Shown one piece after another: positions 38,030-44,256 of a stretch of 48,940 bases of DNA; within the stretch, counting starts at the first letter, position 1, and the number at the start of each line of letters is the position of its first letter. Position numbers and translations under genes: made by a program. The notes beneath the pieces were generated by a model. The model was not told the DNA's origin, searched no databases, and saw only the letters and a list, made by a program, of their open reading frames with translations. The stretch comes from a virus. Where the stretch lies: the IMG/VR virus record IMGVR_UViG_3300034408_000007, positions 1 through 48,940 of that record; one strand, written 5' to 3'.

Positions 38030-38260
38030 TTATGCACCGCTAAGGTTAAACTCTCTACTTATCGCTTTATCTTTTATGTATTGTGCTAGTTCGTAACGCT
38101 CTTTTTTAATGCAGTCATCTAAGTGAAATTTTAAAAACTTGTTTGGTGTTTTATCAATTATCTCTTTGTAATCACTTATTTTACTTAAATATTCCTCGTG
38201 TGTGTCTTCGGGTATATTCTCAAGCCAATTATATATTATTCGTTCTATCTTAGCTTGCAT
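38030..38260 (-). CDS. Hypothetical protein
   Basis: 3-nt gap after the upstream HTH gene. Confidence 0.55.
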   Translation of the reverse strand: MQAKIERIIYNWLENIPEDTHEEYLSKISDYKEIIDKTPNKFLKFHLDDCIKKERYELAQYIKDKAISREFNLSGA

Positions 38261-38263
38261 AAG

Positions 38264-38506
38264 CTAAAATTTTACATGTTCAACTCTATCACAATTATTC
38301 CCTTTATCTGGCCTAAACATTTCAACGATGTGAACACCGAAATGATCTGCTAATTCTTCAATTGTTTTCATTGTGATATTAGCGTTTTTATTGATTCTAT
38401 AGGAAACAACAGCTTTAGACCAACCCATTTTATTAGCTAATTCTATATCTGTCGTGTAGCCTCTTTCAGCCATTAGTATATCAATTCTTGTTTCTGCTCT
38501 TTTCAT
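38264..38506 (-). CDS. XRE-family HTH regulator
   Basis: TDIELANKMGWSKAVVSYRINKN HTH pattern. Confidence 0.75.
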   Translation of the reverse strand: MKRAETRIDILMAERGYTTDIELANKMGWSKAVVSYRINKNANITMKTIEELADHFGVHIVEMFRPDKGNNCDRVEHVKF

Positions 38507-38543
38507 TAAATATATTCATTTTAACACCTTATATGTCACAAAT

Positions 38544-38556
38544 TCTGTATTACAGA
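38544..38556. promoter_or_regulatory. Palindrome TCTGTA-T-TACAGA, 38-50 nt upstream of the HTH gene (candidate operator)
   Basis: Perfect 6+6 inverted repeat, read directly. Confidence 0.4.
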
Positions 38557-38631
38557 TTATGTCTAAAAACGATGTTGTTGGTTTTTAACTTATTGATTAT
38601 CAGTTATAGTTGTTTTATCAGGTAGTTACCA

Positions 38632-39033
38632 TTAATACTCAGTTCTGGCTGTTTTTAGGTAAATGCAGTAATCATCACTTTTTACACCAACTAATCCAGT
38701 TTCAGTAAAAGAACCGTAATTATCAACCCAAACTGCGGTATGGTCATTCATAATATACTCACCGCCTTTATATCCTGTAAATTCCCCACCTATTGATCTT
38801 TCGCACATATCCACAAAGTCGTTGGCTCTCATTTCTTGCAATCCTTCATAGTCATCCCTACCTGTTAATTTATAGTTTAAAGCAAGTAAGTCGTAACTAC
38901 CACGCCAACTATCAAAATTCGTTGGTATGGCGGTGCAGAAGTCAAACACTACAGCTTTGTAACCACCATCTTCTTTTTTAATTCCGCAATTTTTTACTGC
39001 ATTTATTAATTCTCTAATCGTTAATGTTTCCAT
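38632..39033 (-). CDS. Hypothetical protein
   Basis: 133-aa ORF preceded by the conserved upstream motifs. Confidence 0.6.
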   Translation of the reverse strand: METLTIRELINAVKNCGIKKEDGGYKAVVFDFCTAIPTNFDSWRGSYDLLALNYKLTGRDDYEGLQEMRANDFVDMCERSIGGEFTGYKGGEYIMNDHTAVWVDNYGSFTETGLVGVKSDDYCIYLKTARTEY

Positions 39034-39059
39034 TTTTATTCAGGTTTGTGCCTTTAAGT

Positions 39060-39085
39060 CGTACTAATGGTAACAATGTGTATAA
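39060..39085. repeat. 26-nt repeat CGTACTAATGGTAACAATGTGTATAA, copy 1
   Basis: 25/26 identical to 40793-40818. Confidence 0.9.
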
Positions 39086-39192
39086 TCCATTGCTATTTAC
39101 TACTATTTCAAAGGTCTATTAATATTTATTTTGTTTCTGTTATTACTCAAAGTTTCTGCGTATCTACACGCAACATATCATACACTCGTCCG

Positions 39193-39498
39193 TTAGCGGT
39201 AATTGCTTTTAGCTTCCTCTCTCAAGTCATTTATCTTGTCGCAAAATTCCGCATGTATTCCGTGGTCTCGTAATGGTTCAAAGGTTCGTTCTAGTTTAGT
39301 TTTTATTAGCTTGTCATAGTGCATGATTGCTTCAATCGGGCAACTACCGCTAACACGGTATAAATCAAAGTTTTTAACTAACCATTGTTCAAAGTCAATT
39401 AAATGCTCTAAATCTAATACACCTTCGCTAACATTTTTCACTTCTTTAACACCTGCATTTGGGTATTTTTCTTCCCACCATTTTTGTAAATAGTCCAT
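39193..39498 (-). CDS. Hypothetical protein
   Basis: 101-aa ORF with ACGGATTAAA 11 nt upstream. Confidence 0.6.
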   Translation of the reverse strand: MDYLQKWWEEKYPNAGVKEVKNVSEGVLDLEHLIDFEQWLVKNFDLYRVSGSCPIEAIMHYDKLIKTKLERTFEPLRDHGIHAEFCDKINDLREEAKSNYR

Positions 39499-39544
39499 AA
39501 TTTCGTTCTTTTAATCCGTTAAAAACCTTGTCTTATACCAATTC

Positions 39545-39580
39545 CGTTCATGTGGCAGCGCTTCGCTCGCCACATGAACG
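39545..39580. other. GC-rich hairpin: 12 perfect bp + 1-nt bulge + 4 bp
   Basis: cgttcatgtggc/gccacatgaacg with an inner agcg/cgct stem. Confidence 0.85.
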
Positions 39581-39591
39581 TGCGCCCCGCT
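39577..39591. repeat. 15-bp inverted repeat, left arm AACGTGCGCCCCGCT
   Basis: Perfect reverse complement of 40356-40370. Confidence 0.9.
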
Positions 39592-39619
39592 CCGCTTGCT
39601 TGTTGTAAACAATTAAATA

Positions 39620-39856
39620 CTACTTCATTCCTAAAATCACAAAACCTTCTTTCAGTCCGTATTTTTCGCAATCTCTAAGTATGTAAGTAATTGTTCTATT
39701 ACATTCTCTGCCTGTTAATTTTACATAGTTAAATTCAAGTAGCCTTAATTTATCTCCTACTTTATAATCTCTGTCATCCTTTCTAATTTCAAAGGTTTTG
39801 TTACCTTTCCATACCTCCCAAAAGTACTGAGGTAATGTTTTAAGTTCGTGTTCCAT
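39620..39856 (-). CDS. DUF3850 / ASCH-like (PUA-fold) protein
   Basis: HELKTLPQYFWEVWKGNKTFEIRKDDRDYKVGDKL pattern. Confidence 0.7.
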   Translation of the reverse strand: MEHELKTLPQYFWEVWKGNKTFEIRKDDRDYKVGDKLRLLEFNYVKLTGRECNRTITYILRDCEKYGLKEGFVILGMK

Positions 39857-39937
39857 ATTCTGTATTTAAAAGATTTACAACAATGTTTAAAATGCATTAA
39901 AACGTCATTTTATTAATGGCGTACGTACACAAGGTTG

Positions 39938-40267
39938 CTAAAGTGAGTGCATACTTGTGTAATATTTGGCATATTGTTGAAGGCTGTTGTTTCGCTCTTT
40001 GTTATCATAAAATTTAAAATCCCAACTACTAAAAACAGCTATTCTTATTTTACCTTTTTCGTCTTTTATTAGAAGCTCAACATCTGTGTTTGGGTTGATT
40101 TCATCTTCAACCGCAACCCAATGTACAACACCGTGTATAGATAATTGCTTGTTAAGTTCTTCTAATCTATCTTCTGCCCACCAAGCCCATTCTATCAATG
40201 CAATTTGGTATTCATTCAATGCTTTAAGCGTTCCTTTGCTAAAGTCTTTTAATTTTGGTCTGTCCAT
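39938..40267 (-). CDS. Hypothetical protein
   Basis: Start moved to ATG 40267 (MDRPKLK) because the track start at 40297 overlaps the conserved GCGACTTAAA box. Confidence 0.55.
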   Translation of the reverse strand: MDRPKLKDFSKGTLKALNEYQIALIEWAWWAEDRLEELNKQLSIHGVVHWVAVEDEINPNTDVELLIKDEKGKIRIAVFSSWDFKFYDNKERNNSLQQYAKYYTSMHSL

Positions 40268-40315
40268 ATTTATAAATTTTGTTCTTTTAAGTCGCAACTA
40301 TCCATACACAAGTAC

Positions 40316-40343
40316 GTTACAGATAATTATCATTATCTGTAAC
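40316..40343. other. Perfect 12-bp hairpin gttacagataat-tatc-attatctgtaac
   Basis: Read directly; AT-rich palindrome in a spacer. Confidence 0.85.
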
Positions 40344-40355
40344 AACACAAATTTT

Positions 40356-40370
40356 AGCGGGGCGCACGTT
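40356..40370. repeat. 15-bp inverted repeat, right arm AGCGGGGCGCACGTT
   Basis: Perfect reverse complement of 39577-39591. Confidence 0.9.
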
Positions 40371-40380
40371 ACCAATAATA

Positions 40381-40758
40381 CTAAAGGTGCTCGCTTTCAT
40401 TAAGTTGTTTGCTTATTACACAGGCTTCGTGTCCGTAATAACCATTGTGTTCATTGTAAGCAACAAACTGCAACAAACCTTTGTCGGTTTCTACGTTTAC
40501 AAACATTACATCACCTTCATACATATCGTTTACATCAAACTCGTCATTTGGTTTAAGTAATGTATCTGTAATTTTTACATCTATTAGTTTAGAACCAATA
40601 AAATCACTTGTATCATCTTCACTCATAAAGTAACCCCAATTTTCACAACAACTTTGTCCATTATCAATACCTAATTTTATTGATTGCTCGCTTGTTGTTA
40701 TTACAAATCCATCTTTACCGTCAAAGGTTGTTTCTTCTATTTTTAATATCGTTTCCAT
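40381..40758 (-). CDS. Very acidic hypothetical protein
   Basis: About 26 D/E versus 8 K/R in 125 aa. Contains a QSCCENWGYF motif. Confidence 0.6.
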   Translation of the reverse strand: METILKIEETTFDGKDGFVITTSEQSIKLGIDNGQSCCENWGYFMSEDDTSDFIGSKLIDVKITDTLLKPNDEFDVNDMYEGDVMFVNVETDKGLLQFVAYNEHNGYYGHEACVISKQLNESEHL

Positions 40759-40792
40759 TTTATTCTATTTATTAAGTTATTACTATTTAATC

Positions 40793-40818
40793 CGTACTAT
40801 TGGTAACAATGTGTATAA
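40793..40818. repeat. 26-nt repeat CGTACTATTGGTAACAATGTGTATAA, copy 2
   Basis: 25/26 identical to 39060-39085. Confidence 0.9.
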
Positions 40819-40830
40819 AAAATAATATTA

Positions 40831-41091
40831 CTAAGCGTCTGTGAGTAACACCGCAAGTAACCTATACCTACCTGTTAAATCAATAGTTTTTAAGTCTTCG
40901 TCTAAACCTTCAACCGCACCTACTATTCCAAAACATTCGTCTCTCTTTACCATTTCAGCACATTTACCAACTATTGATTGAGCAAGTTCATTGCTTATTT
41001 GTGGCATCATTTGCTTTACCGTTTTGTAAGCGTTATTTAGACGGTTACTTGGCACGGGTAAGCCCATTGCATTAAATCCTGTTTGTATCAT
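40831..41091 (-). CDS. Hypothetical protein, first gene of the leftward accessory operon
   Basis: 86-aa ORF downstream of the leftward promoter. Confidence 0.55.
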   Translation of the reverse strand: MIQTGFNAMGLPVPSNRLNNAYKTVKQMMPQISNELAQSIVGKCAEMVKRDECFGIVGAVEGLDEDLKTIDLTGRYRLLAVLLTDA

Positions 41092-41147
41092 ATTATTTAG
41101 TTTTTTAAATCCGTAATATTACTTTTCATACACTCGCACGTTAGACA

Positions 41148-41177
41148 CAAATATACAACAATTCCACAATAAAACAA
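41148..41177 (-). promoter_or_regulatory. Leftward promoter: -33 TTG (41177-41175), 19-nt spacer, -7 TATATTTG (41155-41148)
   Basis: Consensus match on the minus strand. Confidence 0.6.
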
Positions 41178-41205
41178 CAAAAACCAAAGAAAAGTTTTGA
41201 AATAG

Positions 41206-41236
41206 TTTGTTTATGTCAAATGTTTTCGTATCTTTG
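41206..41236 (+). promoter_or_regulatory. Rightward promoter: -33 TTTG 41206-41209, 19-nt spacer, -7 TATCTTTG 41229-41236
   Basis: Consensus match. The extended -33 TTTGTTTAT is shared with the promoter at 11555. Confidence 0.6.
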
Positions 41237-41240
41237 TTGT

Positions 41241-41411
41241 ATGAAAGATAGAATTGAAGAACTAATTAGAAAGTACGAAGAAGTGATTTCTTTAGCCCAG
41301 ATATCAATGGAAAATGAAGAAGCTGAAACTATGAAATCGATTCACAAAATAAGAATCAACGACGCTAAAATGTTTATTGTTGATCTTAATAGTGTGTTGA
41401 GTAGGGGGTGA
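41241..41411 (+). CDS. Small coiled-coil protein
   Basis: Start moved to ATG 41241 because 41220 lies inside the promoter. Confidence 0.5.
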   Translation: MKDRIEELIRKYEEVISLAQISMENEEAETMKSIHKIRINDAKMFIVDLNSVLSRG

Positions 41412-41489
41412 CGAAAATAATAAAAACACGTGCGCAGCATTGATTTTATTTAGTGTAGTGCGGATTAATTAACTAATAAAATTATTGAT

Positions 41490-41690
41490 ATGCGACTAAA
41501 TAAATGGGGAAACTCACAGCCAGAAGGACAAGAAATATATACTGTAGAAGTTATTAAAGAAGGACATAGATTCTTTAAGAAAGGAACTAAGTTAGAAGTA
41601 ATGGAAAGTAACAACCCTAATTTTATGGGTAAATGGCGAGTTACAGACGCTATGTTTATAGATAAAAGTTATTGTAATGAACCAATTTAG
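41490..41690 (+). CDS. Hypothetical protein
   Basis: 66-aa ORF with GCGGATTAAT 20 nt upstream. Confidence 0.55.
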   Translation: MRLNKWGNSQPEGQEIYTVEVIKEGHRFFKKGTKLEVMESNNPNFMGKWRVTDAMFIDKSYCNEPI

Positions 41691-41775
41691 CATTACACAC
41701 AACATGACTTTTAGTGGTTGTTATGTGATGGCGCGATAGCGACACCACGTAACAAGCAAGTATATGCACCTCTTA

Positions 41776-42999
41776 TCACAAATATCTAGAGTAATCCTCT
41801 GGTAAAACCGATCCTATTTTTCTCAAATACAATTTAAGTGCTGAAACTGAATTGTGACCTGTAATTAACATTAATTTGTCTAAAACCTCAGTAGTTGTAA
41901 ATTCCTTAGAAAGCTGTTTGTAAACTTTAGTTATGAATGTATGTCTAAATGAATAGATGTCGTAAGTATTACCGAAACCAAGTTTTTTAATATGCTTAAT
42001 ATACCGTTTTGTCATATATTGCCGTCTTGTCATTTCTTTTGAATCCCATTCACCTACACCTTCAGGAGTAAATAAATAATGTTCGGGATTACTACCTTTT
42101 AAGTGTTCGATTTCTTTAAATAGAATACTAGGGATTATTTTAGTCTTTACAAATGATTCGTTTTTTACTGAAACATGAAGCACCTTTCTATCAAAATCAA
42201 TATCCTTCATTTTTAGTCGGCAAACTTCTACAGGTCGAAGCATATTGTAGGAAACAAACTTCACATATAAAAGAATTAATGGGTCATTCAACTCGAGGTA
42301 AGAATGTATTTTACTTATTTCTTCTTGAGTATAAGATTCGTGCTTTGATGCAGTAGTTTTAATATTCTTAATCCCAATGATGAAATTATTGTCAATATAA
42401 TCCTTTTCCACAAGCGTTGTGAAAATACTACTTAATGCGGCTTTAGCATTATTTCTATTTCGTGCGCTTGAATCTGTTAGTACTTTTTCTAGAAACTGGT
42501 CAACAACTCTTTTGTCTATCGTTTTTATATCGGATTGTAATCTTCCTTTTTTCTCAAGGAATTTTTTAAACGCTTCTATTCTTATACTATAATCTTTTTT
42601 GGTTGCTGGCCTAACAGTTTTACACTTATAAGAAAGTGCTTCGTCTAAACATGATCCAGCTTGATACTTTGATGCTTTCTTTGGGGACGCTTTGTATGGG
42701 CTAAACCCTTTTTTTAACTGACGTTCTATTTCATTTCTTAGCTTTTTTATAGCTTTTAAGCGTGTTGGGACAGTTTTGTAAGCTGAATTTATATTTAAAT
42801 ATACAGGGTCTTGCTGTTCTTTTTTGCCTGTTTCTGGATCTTCAAACCTATAGTAAACATACCAACGTTTTTCTAAATCGAAAGATTCGCCCCCGTGATA
42901 TATGATAGGTTTATTCCATTTTTTCACACTATACAATTTACTATTCAATTTGAGGTGTTCTGTCATTGAAGTCATAAGAAAAGGTTTGTTAAGTCCCAT
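41776..42999 (-). CDS. int: Tyrosine recombinase / phage integrase
   Basis: 407 aa. C-terminal catalytic pattern: R in NMLRPVE, FRHTFIT, LITGH, LKLYLR. Confidence 0.9.
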   Translation of the reverse strand: MGLNKPFLMTSMTEHLKLNSKLYSVKKWNKPIIYHGGESFDLEKRWYVYYRFEDPETGKKEQQDPVYLNINSAYKTVPTRLKAIKKLRNEIERQLKKGFSPYKASPKKASKYQAGSCLDEALSYKCKTVRPATKKDYSIRIEAFKKFLEKKGRLQSDIKTIDKRVVDQFLEKVLTDSSARNRNNAKAALSSIFTTLVEKDYIDNNFIIGIKNIKTTASKHESYTQEEISKIHSYLELNDPLILLYVKFVSYNMLRPVEVCRLKMKDIDFDRKVLHVSVKNESFVKTKIIPSILFKEIEHLKGSNPEHYLFTPEGVGEWDSKEMTRRQYMTKRYIKHIKKLGFGNTYDIYSFRHTFITKVYKQLSKEFTTTEVLDKLMLITGHNSVSALKLYLRKIGSVLPEDYSRYL

Positions 43000-43020
43000 T
43001 CTTATTGACTTCCTGCTTTG

Positions 43021-43062
43021 TGGCGAGAGGGAGATTTGAACTCCCGACCTCAGGGTTATGAA
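43021..43062 (-). other. attP core: copy of the 3' 42 nt of a tRNA-Met(CAU)-like gene, from anticodon loop to discriminator
   Basis: Minus strand reads ttCATaa-ccctg-aggtc-gggag-ttcaaat-ctccc-tctcgcc-a. No matching 5' half is present. Confidence 0.75.
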
Positions 43063-43116
43063 TTAACTAAGCACATTTTTTAAACCTATTTACTAGGGTT
43101 GTAGCACTTGATTAAA

Positions 43117-43140
43117 ACAAAAAACTATACAAAAAACTAT
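43117..43140 (+). repeat. Perfect tandem 12-mer ACAAAAAACTAT x2 in the attP arm
   Basis: Read directly. Candidate arm-type or accessory-factor sites. Confidence 0.8.
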
Positions 43141-43276
43141 GCAGCTTACTTATAAGTTTTATCAATAAGAATTAGGATTATATATAAATTATCTATATAT
43201 TTGGATTAATTATTTGTTAGATTCATTACCTAGCTTTTAAATTTTTAAATTCACTTTCATAGATTTGAGTATTAGT

Positions 43277-43306
43277 AAAAGCACTTATTTAGCGGTAGGT
43301 GCTTTT
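43277..43306 (-). terminator. Hairpin at the end of the lipoprotein gene (aaaagcac/gtgctttt)
   Basis: 8-bp stem with a 14-nt loop, overlapping the stop codon. A T-run lies on the plus side. Confidence 0.45.
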
Positions 43307-43583
43307 ATTTTTTTGAACACGTTGTAACAAAAGAAATTTTCGCGTCACTATCTTCAGGTAAAGAAAGTCCAGCAACGTCAATAACTTTTGTATTGTCCTC
43401 TTCGTACTTCTTAGCTTCTTTCTTTGTACCAGAAAAATGAACTACACTTGTTTTTGTTGTATTCAAAGAAGGTACAGAGTTTACACCTGTAGTTGTTGAC
43501 TCAATTGTGCAATCCCAACTTTTAACCTTATTACAACTAATTAAAACTAAAAAGCTTATTACTATCAATTTTATTTTTTTCAT
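43305..43583 (-). CDS. Lipoprotein
   Basis: Signal peptide MKKIKLIVISFLVLISC with a lipobox Cys. Confidence 0.65.
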   Translation of the reverse strand: MKKIKLIVISFLVLISCNKVKSWDCTIESTTTGVNSVPSLNTTKTSVVHFSGTKKEAKKYEEDNTKVIDVAGLSLPEDSDAKISFVTTCSKK

Positions 43584-43587
43584 AATT

Positions 43588-43773
43588 TTATTTTTTATAC
43601 CAATAATGGTCTGGAAATTTAGATTTGTGTATGTCTTTCATTATTAGAGTTATTTTATCAATTGATTTTTTCATTCTTACATTAGACACAACTAATACAA
43701 AGAAGAATATTACTAACACTAAGTTTAAAATAGCACCTAAAACTATTAAAGTATTTAAATCGCTTTCTCTCAT
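43588..43773 (-). CDS. Small one-TM membrane protein
   Basis: Track start 43803 is TTG; ATG at 43773 (MRESDL). TM LIVLGAILNLVLVIFFFVLVV. Confidence 0.5.
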   Translation of the reverse strand: MRESDLNTLIVLGAILNLVLVIFFFVLVVSNVRMKKSIDKITLIMKDIHKSKFPDHYWYKK

Positions 43774-43820
43774 CTTTTTTACACAATAATAATCAAAAAA
43801 CAAATAATATTGTATTTTTC

Positions 43821-43854
43821 AGGGTTTTTCCTATGTTAAAATAGGGTTTTTCCT
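43821..43854 (+). repeat. 12-bp direct repeat AGGGTTTTTCCT x2 (43821-43832, 43843-43854)
   Basis: Perfect copies 22 bp apart in a divergent intergenic region. Confidence 0.85.
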
Positions 43855-43941
43855 GTACGCTTAAAATTCTTTTTTTCGGTTTTATACGTACCTTGCTAAA
43901 CTTCTTATTATAGTCCTCAATCTATTTAAGATGAATCCATT

Positions 43942-44256
43942 ATGAATCTTAAACAAGAAATTATCTATCTAATAAATGAATACGGCGGTAAGGGCGTATT
44001 TATAAAGGACATTGAATCCTTATCAAACTCAAAAAAGGGTCAACAAAAGGAGTTATATGATTACTTCGTGGTATTTATACACATGATCCACAACGATACT
44101 ATAAAAGATTTAGATTCTTTCTGCTTAAAATATAGGAGTATAAATATTGTTACGCTTAATTACGCTAAAAATTCAAATAGTAGTATTGAAATTTATATGT
44201 CAGAAATATTAACAATACAAATATATGCCACCAATAAAATATTAGCCTTGGCCTGA
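43942..44256 (+). CDS. Hypothetical protein
   Basis: 104-aa ORF. Its 3' end overlaps the repressor 3' end by 15 nt. Confidence 0.45.
   Translation: MNLKQEIIYLINEYGGKGVFIKDIESLSNSKKGQQKELYDYFVVFIHMIHNDTIKDLDSFCLKYRSINIVTLNYAKNSNSSIEIYMSEILTIQIYATNKILALA

Noticed and set aside
39067-39273. Plus-strand ORFs in the accessory block (39067-39273, 38793-38981, 37878-38096, 40086-40403)
   Set aside because: They run through spacers, repeats or the opposite strand of better ORFs, and they have low-complexity hydrophobic translations. The minus-strand genes carry the conserved upstream boxes.
39577-40370. Invertible (shufflon-like) segment driven by a dedicated invertase
   Set aside because: No serine invertase or second recombinase is encoded nearby. 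The inverted repeat is reported as an observation, but inversion is not claimed.
42153-42356. Plus-strand ORF inside the integrase gene
   Set aside because: It is antisense to a 407-aa ORF with tyrosine recombinase motifs.
43021-43100. Complete tRNA gene on the minus strand
   Set aside because: Only the anticodon loop, 3' anticodon stem, variable region, T-arm and 3' acceptor strand are present. The upstream sequence cannot pair with the acceptor or anticodon stems, so it is an attP fragment.
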